From an uncultured bacterium (GTDB lineage Bacteria > Zixibacteria > MSB-5A5 > UBA10806), in NCBI GenBank assembly GCA_965602185.1, contig CBFCYP010000001.1, positions 1,413 through 65,412 on the forward strand: DNA of 64,000 bases, written 5' to 3'. Position numbers and translations under genes: made by a program. The notes under the pieces are model-generated. The model was not told where the DNA came from and made no database searches. It saw only the letters and a program-made list of their open reading frames with translations. Below, piece by piece: positions 56,348 to 64,000 of this stretch (positions within the stretch are counted from its first letter, which is position 1; every line of letters starts with the position of its first letter).

Positions 56348-58728
56348 TGAAGATATCCGTAAACCTTCTCCAGAAATTAATCTATTTCGACTGGTCGGTT
56401 GAGCGGCTCGTTGAAAAGCTGACCATGTCAGGCAGTGAAGTTGAGGCCCTCGAATATAAGGGAAATGATATCCAGGGTATACTTGCCGCGAAGGTTGTCG
56501 AGGTCAATAAGATAGAGGGATCCGACAAGCTGACCTGTTGTAGTGTTTTCGATGGCGAAGAGAAAATCGATATTGTTTGCGGCGCTCCCAATGTCGCGAA
56601 AGATCAGATCGTTCTTTTCGCTCCCGTAGGTTCGAAAATCCCCGGAAGGGCCCTGAAAAAAGCGAAGATCGCCGGGAAAGAATCTTTCGGAATGATTCTC
56701 TCCGAAGCGGAACTGTTATTGTCGGACAATGCCGATGAAATCGCCGTTCTGCAAGCGGATATTAATCCGGGGACGTCCCTCGATAAGATAGTCGATTATA
56801 AAGATACAATTCTGGAATTGGAAATAACGCCCAACCGTCCCGACTGCCTGTCTCATCTCGGCATCGCCAGGGAGGTTCAGGCGCTGGGCGGTGGAAAGTT
56901 GAAAATGCCGGATATTAATCTCGAGGAAATCGATAAACCGGCTTCCGACGCGGTAAAGATCATAATTGATGATCCCGATGGATGCCCTCGCTATACCGGT
57001 AGGGTTATAAGAAACGTGAAGGTAGCGCCTTCGCCGTTATGGCTTAAAATTATGGTGTATTACCTTGGCATGAGGCCCATAAACAATGTGGTCGACATTA
57101 CGAACTTTGTTATGCTGGAGCTAGGGCACCCCCTTCACGCCTTTGATTTTGACCTTTTCAAAAAACCTGAGGTGGTGGTGCGCTGTGCTTCCGATGGCGA
57201 AAAGTTCATCACCCTGGATGAGGTGGAACGCACGTTAAACTCAGACCATCTGCTTATTACCGATTCGGTTTCAGGCGTCGCGATAGCGGGGATTATGGGG
57301 GGAGAGCTTTCGGAGGTTTCCGAAAAGACATCAAATATCCTCCTGGAATCGGCCTATTTTAATCCGGTTACTATAAGGAGGGGTTCCAAGGCGTTGAGCC
57401 TCACTACCGAATCATCCCGGCGTTTCGAGCGCGGAGCCGATCCCGAAATGGCTCCAATTGCCAATGATCGCGCCTGCAAACTCCTATCGAAGATCGCGGG
57501 CGGCGAAACTTTAAAGGGGATTGTGGATGCTTACCCCAAGCCATTCGTGCCGGTGGAGATTGATTTTAAGCCTGAGAATATTAATTTGTTGCTGGGCACG
57601 GAATTAAACGCTGAGACCATGTGCGGTATTCTCAACGGCCTTGACGTAAGTACTAAAAAAGGCAATGTTTTAAAGGCGGTTCAACCTTCTTTCAGACCGG
57701 ATTTGGTAAAGGAAGTAGATCTATCTGAGGAAATTGCCAGGATCTTTGGATTTGAAAACATACCGCCGGTTTTCCGTCCGGGCGGCACGCTCGGCGGCGA
57801 AGAAACCGAACTGCAGAGGATTACCGGGCAGGTGAAATCGTATCTTACAGGAGCCGGTGCAACCGAAATATTCTCTTTGACTCTGGTGGATTCTTTTCTG
57901 ACGAAACGTCTGGGACTGCTGGAATCCTCGGTAACCGTGATGAATCCGCTTTCGGAGGAAATGGCTGTCGTCCGGCCCAGCATGCTTTTATCCATGCTGC
58001 CGGTCATCAGAAGGAATATCAATTTCAAGGAAAAGGATCTATTCCTTTATGAAGTCGGCGATATCTATTTACCCTCGGGCAATGAGGAACTTCCTGTTCA
58101 GAAAAATCGACTTGCCATCGCCCTGACCGGATATGAAGCCCCGGTTTTCTGGGGCGAAAAACAGAGGAAAAGCGATTTTTATACAATTAAGGGTTTGCTA
58201 GAGAATTTAGCGGACTATTTAAAGCTGGGGAGCATAAAACTTCGGCCTGAACCTCATTTTGCGTTTGAAAAATCACATTCGTTTGAGGTATATATTGGCG
58301 ATATTAGTATTGGATATTTGGGATTGTTAGCGGATGAATGTCTTTCAATAGCTGATATTAAGGACAACGTATTCTTTGCCGAGCTTGACATGTATAAAAT
58401 AGTTGATCTTATACCGGAATCGCTTGCAGCAAAAGAACTTGACAGGTTCCCCTCGGCTGATAGAGATATAGCAATAGTGATCGCTGAAAATATTAAGGCT
58501 GAAGAGATTCGAACTGAAATTATAAATAGCTCAAAAGGGCTTGCGGACGATGTCCGGATTTTCGATCTTTATCGGGGGAAAAACATCCCCGAAAATAAAA
58601 AAAGTCTGGCTTTCGGCATAAAGTATCGATTGCCCGACAGGACATTAACCGACGACGAGGTCGATGATGTTCATGGAAGGATCGCCGAAGCATTAAAAAA
58701 GAAATTCGACGCCGAATTGCGAAGTTGA
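56347..58728 (+). CDS. pheT: Phenylalanyl-tRNA synthetase beta subunit
   Basis: 793 aa, ATGA-coupled to pheS, with B3/B4, B5 and FDX-ACB domains. Confidence 0.95.
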   Translation: MKISVNLLQKLIYFDWSVERLVEKLTMSGSEVEALEYKGNDIQGILAAKVVEVNKIEGSDKLTCCSVFDGEEKIDIVCGAPNVAKDQIVLFAPVGSKIPGRALKKAKIAGKESFGMILSEAELLLSDNADEIAVLQADINPGTSLDKIVDYKDTILELEITPNRPDCLSHLGIAREVQALGGGKLKMPDINLEEIDKPASDAVKIIIDDPDGCPRYTGRVIRNVKVAPSPLWLKIMVYYLGMRPINNVVDITNFVMLELGHPLHAFDFDLFKKPEVVVRCASDGEKFITLDEVERTLNSDHLLITDSVSGVAIAGIMGGELSEVSEKTSNILLESAYFNPVTIRRGSKALSLTTESSRRFERGADPEMAPIANDRACKLLSKIAGGETLKGIVDAYPKPFVPVEIDFKPENINLLLGTELNAETMCGILNGLDVSTKKGNVLKAVQPSFRPDLVKEVDLSEEIARIFGFENIPPVFRPGGTLGGEETELQRITGQVKSYLTGAGATEIFSLTLVDSFLTKRLGLLESSVTVMNPLSEEMAVVRPSMLLSMLPVIRRNINFKEKDLFLYEVGDIYLPSGNEELPVQKNRLAIALTGYEAPVFWGEKQRKSDFYTIKGLLENLADYLKLGSIKLRPEPHFAFEKSHSFEVYIGDISIGYLGLLADECLSIADIKDNVFFAELDMYKIVDLIPESLAAKELDRFPSADRDIAIVIAENIKAEEIRTEIINSSKGLADDVRIFDLYRGKNIPENKKSLAFGIKYRLPDRTLTDDEVDDVHGRIAEALKKKFDAELRS

Positions 58729-59015
58729 TAATTATGAATTTAGATATTATTAATGATCTGGAGGAAAAAGTTGGCCGCGCAATCGAATTGATTGCCGGTT
58801 TGAAGGATAATAATAAAAAAATAGAAGAGGAGAACATGTCTCTGAAGCGCCGGTTGGAGGATCTGCGGACCGAATATGACAGCTACAAAAGGGACGCTGA
58901 AAAGAGGATCGCGGATACTTCCGGTTCCCGAACCTATTTTGATTGCAAAGAGGTGAAAAAAAGGCTTTCAAAACTGGCGGGAAAACTGGCGGCTTTGGAG
59001 GACAGTTGGATTTAA
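58725..59015 (+). CDS. zapB: ZapB-like coiled-coil cell-division protein
   Basis: LEEKVGRAIELIAGLKDNNKKIEEENMSLKRRLEDL parallels E. coli ZapB [29 protein letters not shown]. Sits upstream of zapA. Confidence 0.5.
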   Translation: MIIMNLDIINDLEEKVGRAIELIAGLKDNNKKIEEENMSLKRRLEDLRTEYDSYKRDAEKRIADTSGSRTYFDCKEVKKRLSKLAGKLAALEDSWI

Positions 59016-59034
59016 TTATAAAGCGGACGCTAAA

Positions 59035-59313
59035 GTGGAGAAGATTCGAGTAAATGTTTCGATTCTAGGGAAACAATACAGCATAGTTTCCCAGGTCGAT
59101 CCGGAATATATAAAGAAGGCCGCGGAATATCTTGATATGCAGATGAGGGAGGTTTCGCAAACTTATCCCAATATCACGGAGGCGAAAATCGCCGTTCTTG
59201 CCGCCTTGAACATTACCGACGAACTTTTTCGGGCCCGGGATTCTGAAGAATCGGGCGGTGAAACTGAAAATAGGATCGTCGAACTGACTCGAAAACTCTC
59301 CGAAATTCTGTGA
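59035..59313 (+). CDS. zapA: Cell division protein ZapA
   Basis: [35 protein letters not shown], a ZapA-family sequence. GTG start. Confidence 0.8.
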   Translation: MEKIRVNVSILGKQYSIVSQVDPEYIKKAAEYLDMQMREVSQTYPNITEAKIAVLAALNITDELFRARDSEESGGETENRIVELTRKLSEIL

Positions 59314-59347
59314 TTATATAAAAGCGTCCGCCCCACACGGAGGAACA

Positions 59348-60907
59348 ATGGATCCAATTTATTTAGTAATCGGGGCCGGGGCTATTATTCTGGCGTTTAT
59401 TGTCGGTCTTTTAATTTCCCGTAAAACGGGCGAATCCAGGATCGCTAACGCCGAAAACCTCGCGCAAAAAATCGTCTCCGAGGCTGAAAAAGCGGCCGAG
59501 ATAAAGAAAAAAGAGGCCATGCTCGAGGCCAAGGATGAATGGTTTAAATCCAAACAAAAGTTCGAAAGAGACACTCATTCCAGGAAAAATGAGATTCAGA
59601 AACTGGAACAGGCATTATCTGCGAAGGAGAGCAATTTAAACCGCAAAGTCGATATTTTGGACAAGAAAGATAAGGATATCGGTCAACGGGAAAAATTGAT
59701 TACCGTTAAAGAAAAAACAAATGAGGCCAAAGAGAAAAAGCTCGGAGAACTTATTGCGGAACAGAATGTCAAACTTGAAAAGATAGCCGGAATGACGGCC
59801 GAGGAGGCCAAAAAGCTCCTGATTTCAAACCTCGAGGAAGAGGCTAGAAGAGAAGCCACCTCGTTGATTAAAGAGATAAAAGACGAAGCGGAACGTACTG
59901 CGGAAAAGGAAGCCAAGGACATTATCATTCAGGCGATCCAGAGATGCGCCGCCGATCACGCGGCCGAATCATGCGTTTCGGTGGTGAGTCTGCCCACAGA
60001 TGAGATGAAAGGCCGAATTATAGGCAGGGAGGGACGGAATATTCGCGCCTTTGAAACGGCTACCGGTATTGACGTTATTGTCGATGACACCCCCGAGGCC
60101 GTTATCCTTTCCGGCTACGATCCCATCAGGCGCGAGATCGCCCGGATGGCCCTGGAGAAGTTAATTATCGATGGTCGAATCCACCCGGCACGGATTGAAG
60201 AGATCGCGATTAAGGCTGAAAAAGAGATGGAGGTAATTATCAGGGAGACCGGCGAACAGGCCTGTTTTGACGTCGGCGTTCATGGCGTCCACCCCGAAAT
60301 TATAAGGCTTCTTGGAAAACTTAACTTCCGTACAAGTTACGGCCAGAATGTGCTTCAGCACTCGAAAGAGGTTGCCACCATCTGCGGAATTATGGCGGCC
60401 GAACTCGATCTGGACGGGAACATAGCCAAAAGGACCGGATTGCTCCATGATATCGGAAAGGCCATCGACCGCGAGACGGAAGGTACTCATACGGAGATCG
60501 GAGTCGAATTTGTATCAAAGTTCAATGAAGGCAATATTGTGTTAAACGCCATTGCCAGCCACCATGAGGACGTTCCCATGGAATCTCCATATGCCGTCCT
60601 GGTACAGGCGGCCGATGCCATATCGGGAGCAAGGCCGGGAGCAAGGCGGGAAACCCTGGAAGGCTACATCAAGCGTCTCGAAAAACTCGAGGAGATGGCC
60701 GACGGCTTCAAGGGTGTGGGGAAAGCATACGCGATTCAGGCTGGACGGGAAATCAGAGTTATGGTAGAATCCGATCAGCTTGACGATATCGGAAGCAGCA
60801 CTCTCGCCAACGAAATCGCAAGAAAGATCGAATCCGAACTGGAGTACCCCGGTCAGATTAAAGTGACAGTAATCAGAGAGGTTCGTTCGGTGGATTATGC
60901 CAGATAA
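59348..60907 (+). CDS. rny: Ribonuclease Y
   Basis: N-terminal TM helix, coiled coil, KH domain ([26 protein letters not shown]) and HD domain ([12 protein letters not shown]). Confidence 0.93.
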   Translation: MDPIYLVIGAGAIILAFIVGLLISRKTGESRIANAENLAQKIVSEAEKAAEIKKKEAMLEAKDEWFKSKQKFERDTHSRKNEIQKLEQALSAKESNLNRKVDILDKKDKDIGQREKLITVKEKTNEAKEKKLGELIAEQNVKLEKIAGMTAEEAKKLLISNLEEEARREATSLIKEIKDEAERTAEKEAKDIIIQAIQRCAADHAAESCVSVVSLPTDEMKGRIIGREGRNIRAFETATGIDVIVDDTPEAVILSGYDPIRREIARMALEKLIIDGRIHPARIEEIAIKAEKEMEVIIRETGEQACFDVGVHGVHPEIIRLLGKLNFRTSYGQNVLQHSKEVATICGIMAAELDLDGNIAKRTGLLHDIGKAIDRETEGTHTEIGVEFVSKFNEGNIVLNAIASHHEDVPMESPYAVLVQAADAISGARPGARRETLEGYIKRLEKLEEMADGFKGVGKAYAIQAGREIRVMVESDQLDDIGSSTLANEIARKIESELEYPGQIKVTVIREVRSVDYAR

Positions 60908-61343
60908 GCGAATCGAGGAGTTCTATAATTCCGGTTGCTTTTCGCTTATCGGGATGTCGAAGAAAAGGAATAACTTTGCCTGGGGGATCTATAAAAGTCT
61001 CACCGGCGCCGATAGAAGAGTATACGCGCTGCACCCGCAGGGCGGCGAAAAGAACGGAGTGAAATTCTATACGAATTTTGGAGGGCTTCCCGATAGACCG
61101 GACGCCTGCATAGTCTGCACCGATTTGAAGAAAAATAAAAGCCTGATCTCCGAGCTGGCCGATTCGGGAATTAAGCGGTTCTGGTTTCAATGGGGTTCAT
61201 ACGACAAGGAAGTATTGGAAGAAGCCGAAAAATATAATATCGTTCCTCTCACCGGATGTGTGTTAATGTATATGCCGGAATCGTCGTTCTTGCATAAGGC
61301 CCACAGGTTTTTTTATGAAATATTTAAGAAAGGAAAAGATTGA
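60897..61343 (+). CDS. CoA-binding-domain protein (YccU/YneT-like)
   Basis: 148 aa, fold-typical sequence ([18 protein letters not shown]...[31 protein letters not shown]). Confidence 0.6.
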   Translation: MPDKRIEEFYNSGCFSLIGMSKKRNNFAWGIYKSLTGADRRVYALHPQGGEKNGVKFYTNFGGLPDRPDACIVCTDLKKNKSLISELADSGIKRFWFQWGSYDKEVLEEAEKYNIVPLTGCVLMYMPESSFLHKAHRFFYEIFKKGKD

Positions 61344-62137
61344 GGATTCTATTCGTCGGGGATATCAACGGAAAACCGGGGCGAACCTGCCTTGAACAAT
61401 TCTTAAAAAGATGTAAGAATAACGGCGTAGAATATGATTTTGTCGTCGCCAACGTAGAAAACGCCGCCGGGGGATTCGGTTTAACAAGAGACATTTCCAA
61501 TTCCTTATTTAAACTTGGTGTCGGCTGCCAGACCAGCGGCAATCATATCTGGGATAAAAAGGAGATTTATTCCTTTTTTGAGGATGAACCGAGACTTCTA
61601 CGTCCAGCGAATTATCCCTCGGAAGCGCCCGGATACGGTTATAATATTTACGAACTTGAAAATGATCTCAATATCGGAGTAATTAATCTCCAGGGCCGTA
61701 TTTTCATGTGGAATATCGATTGCCCGTTTAAAACGGCGGATAGAATAATTCCCGAAATTGCCGAGAAAGCTAAAATTATCCTCGTCGATTTCCACGCCGA
61801 AGCGACCTCTGAAAAACAGGCCCTGGGAAGGTATCTGGACGGCAGGGTCTCCGCCGTTGTCGGCACACATACTCACGTTCAGACCGTGGATGAAAGGATT
61901 TTGCCGGGCGGAACAGCTTTTATCACCGACGCGGGGATGACTGGTCCCTACGATTCGGTTATAGGTGTTGAGGTTGAAGATGCCCTTTATCGCATTGTTA
62001 CCGGAGTTCCCAACCGCTTTACGGTTGCCAGGGGAGATGTTCGTTTTGCTGGGGTGGAATTCGAGATCGATACCGAAAGCGGAAAAGCCCAATCCATAAA
62101 GAGAATTTTTGAATCGTTACCCGAAAGTGATGACTAA
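61340..62137 (+). CDS. ymdB: YmdB-family metallophosphoesterase (2',3'-cyclic-nucleotide phosphodiesterase)
   Basis: [14 protein letters not shown]...GNHIWDKKEI...VVGTHTHVQTVDERILPGGTAFITDAGMTGP. The rny-ymdB pairing is conserved. TTG start. Confidence 0.88.
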   Translation: MRILFVGDINGKPGRTCLEQFLKRCKNNGVEYDFVVANVENAAGGFGLTRDISNSLFKLGVGCQTSGNHIWDKKEIYSFFEDEPRLLRPANYPSEAPGYGYNIYELENDLNIGVINLQGRIFMWNIDCPFKTADRIIPEIAEKAKIILVDFHAEATSEKQALGRYLDGRVSAVVGTHTHVQTVDERILPGGTAFITDAGMTGPYDSVIGVEVEDALYRIVTGVPNRFTVARGDVRFAGVEFEIDTESGKAQSIKRIFESLPESDD

Positions 62138-62158
62138 GACAATTCGAGGTTAGATTTT

Positions 62159-63046
62159 ATGCCGGCTGAGATTATAAACGGTAAAAAGATTTCCAACGAG
62201 ATTAAGTCCGAGCTTAAAACCGAAATTAAGAAACTCAAGAAACGGGATGTAGTGCCCGGTCTCGCCGCGGTCCTGGTCGGGGATAATCCGGCCTCGGTTC
62301 TCTATGTAAAAATGAAGGCCAGAGCATGCGAGAAAATCGGGATCTATTCCGAGGTTATCAAACTTGATGATTCCACCACCAATCAACAAATGGTCGATCT
62401 GGTTAATGAACTGAACCAAAGAAGCGATATTGATGGCATACTTGTGCAATCGCCTCTTCCTGATCATATTGACGAGCCCGAGATAACCTTTTTAATCGAT
62501 CCTAAAAAAGATGTTGACGGTTTTCATCCCGTAAACCAGGGCCTGCTTCTAGCTGGAAGACCCCAGTTCGAACCGGCCACGCCCATGGGGATTGTCGAGA
62601 TCCTGGAAAGATCCGGGCATAATCCATCAGGCAAGAATGTCGTAATTATGGGACGCGGATTTCTGGTTGGGAGGCCGCTGTCGGTCATGCTTTCCACCAA
62701 AACCAAGAAAACAAACGCCACCGTAACTATCTGTCATACTGGCACTCCCGATATCTCGGATTTCACCAGAAAGGCCGATATTATTATCGCGGCGATGGGA
62801 AAAGCGCTGTTTCTTAAGGGTGATATGATCAAGCCGGGAGCTGTTATTATCGATGTTGGAACCAATCAGGTTGATGATCCCGACCATCCCAGAGGCAAAA
62901 AACTTGTCGGCGATGTTGATTTCGATTCGGTCAAAGATATCGCCGGAGCGATAACCCCTGTCCCGGGCGGGGTAGGTCCCATGACCATAGCGTCGATTTT
63001 GAAAAACACCGTTAAAGCGTGTAAAACAAGACATGGTTTGATATAG
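62159..63046 (+). CDS. folD: Bifunctional methylenetetrahydrofolate dehydrogenase/cyclohydrolase
   Basis: PGLAAVLVGDNPASVLYVKMKARACEKIGI...VVIMGRGFLVGRPL...GGVGPMTIASIL. Confidence 0.95.
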   Translation: MPAEIINGKKISNEIKSELKTEIKKLKKRDVVPGLAAVLVGDNPASVLYVKMKARACEKIGIYSEVIKLDDSTTNQQMVDLVNELNQRSDIDGILVQSPLPDHIDEPEITFLIDPKKDVDGFHPVNQGLLLAGRPQFEPATPMGIVEILERSGHNPSGKNVVIMGRGFLVGRPLSVMLSTKTKKTNATVTICHTGTPDISDFTRKADIIIAAMGKALFLKGDMIKPGAVIIDVGTNQVDDPDHPRGKKLVGDVDFDSVKDIAGAITPVPGGVGPMTIASILKNTVKACKTRHGLI

Positions 63047-63050
63047 TAAT

Positions 63051-64000
63051 ATGCCAGATAAGATATATTCAATAAGTGAATTAACCAGAGAAATTAAAGT
63101 TATACTTGAGGATTCTTTTCTTAAAGTATGGGTTGAAGGCGAAATTTCCAATTACACTCATCATTCGTCAGGTCATAGGTATTTCACTTTAAAAGACCAG
63201 AATGCTCAGATACGCTGTGTCATGTGGAAGTGGATGGGGAAACATCTCTTTTTCGAGCCCCAGGACGGAATCAAGGTCAAAGCCTCCGGGCAGATTACGG
63301 TATATGAGAAATCCGGCCAGTATCAGCTGGTTGTTTCCTCAATGCAACCGGCCGGGATCGGTGAACTGGAACTGTCATTTCAGCAGTTGAAGAAAAAATT
63401 ATCCGAGGAGGGATTGTTCGATCCCGAACACAAAAAACCGTTACCTGAATTCCCCGAGACCATAGGTGTTGTTACCTCGCCGACCGGCGCGGCGATCCGG
63501 GATATCCTTAATATCACCCGTCGTAGGGCCCCATGGGTGAAAATTTTACTCTGGCCGGTTCTGGTTCAGGGCGAGGGTGCCGCGGCCCAGATCAGTCACG
63601 CCATTAGACGATTCAACGAACTTGATAATGTGGACCTCTTAATCGTCGGGCGCGGCGGTGGATCACTGGAGGATCTCTGGGCGTTTAACGAGGAAGAGGT
63701 CGGCAGGGCAATTTTTAAATCGAAAATCCCGGTAATATCGGCCGTGGGGCACGAAATAGATTTTTCCATCTCCGATTTCGTCGCGGATCTTCGAGCCCCG
63801 ACTCCGTCCGCCGCCGCGGAGATTGCCGTCCCCGATGGCGAAGGATTAGTGTCGCGGATCGCCGGATACGCGAGCGATCTTTTTACAATATCCCGGTCTG
63901 TAATCGATGATTCGAACAGACAGCTTGCGGAGATTTCCGCGAGGTATGGTTTCCGTAAGCCGATGGAGATGATTGTCCAGAGGGCGCAAAGGTGCGATGA
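63051..64000 (+). CDS. xseA: Exodeoxyribonuclease VII large subunit, 5' part; continues beyond the window end
   Basis: Not in the ORF track because no stop falls inside the window. ATG at 63051. OB-fold N-terminus (GEISNYTHHSSGHRYFTLKDQNAQIRCVMW) and catalytic-domain motifs (VVTSPTGAAIRDIL...GRGGGSLEDLWAFNEE...RAPTPSAAAE). Confidence 0.9.
   Translation, partial: MPDKIYSISELTREIKVILEDSFLKVWVEGEISNYTHHSSGHRYFTLKDQNAQIRCVMWKWMGKHLFFEPQDGIKVKASGQITVYEKSGQYQLVVSSMQPAGIGELELSFQQLKKKLSEEGLFDPEHKKPLPEFPETIGVVTSPTGAAIRDILNITRRRAPWVKILLWPVLVQGEGAAAQISHAIRRFNELDNVDLLIVGRGGGSLEDLWAFNEEEVGRAIFKSKIPVISAVGHEIDFSISDFVADLRAPTPSAAAEIAVPDGEGLVSRIAGYASDLFTISRSVIDDSNRQLAEISARYGFRKPMEMIVQRAQRCD

Noticed and set aside
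1-64000. CRISPR arrays, IS elements, integrases and prophage signatures
   Set aside because: No direct-repeat arrays, transposase- or integrase-like ORFs or terminal inverted repeats were seen. The window looks like a core chromosomal region.

Overview
Contiguous bacterial chromosomal segment dominated by a large + strand flagellar regulon with three functional blocks, a flagellin-glycosylation island and conserved housekeeping genes. A divergently transcribed secreted S8 subtilase occupies the minus strand at 1-2222. Block 1 (2624-19463) is ylxF-like, fliK, flgD, a small flagellar-operon protein, flgE, fliLMN-OPQR, flhB, flhA, flhF, flhG-like and fliA, preceded by a sigma54-type -24/-12 element. 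A signalling island follows (19485-27086): a zinc-ribbon protein coupled to a YcgR-like PilZ protein, a His-less GAF-DHp pseudo-kinase, a GAF histidine kinase, a receiver, a single-His Hpt-like protein and two more receivers; together these look like a candidate multi-step phosphorelay. Block 2 (27375-36994) is flgF, flgG, flgA, flgH, flgI, an flgJ-SLT fusion, flgN, flgK, csrA, a coupled 65-aa ORF, flgL and fliW, again behind a sigma54-type element with the same extended motif. The glycosylation island (37116-44360) carries TPR-glycosyltransferase fusions, an SDR epimerase/dehydratase and a DegT aminotransferase. It is followed by a 751-aa flagellin, fliD, fliS, a fliT-like gene, flgM and an HDOD protein, several behind sigma28-like elements. 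The remainder is housekeeping: tRNA-Val(GAC) with a near-consensus sigma28-type element immediately upstream, thrS, infC (apparent ATA start), rpmI, rplT, pheST, zapB-like, zapA, rny, a CoA-binding protein, ymdB, folD and the 5' part of xseA. L- and P-ring genes imply a diderm organism, but the gene order resembles Firmicutes, delta-proteobacteria or candidate phyla; lineage cannot be resolved from sequence alone. All calls rest on reading the sequence and recognising motifs; no database searches were run.
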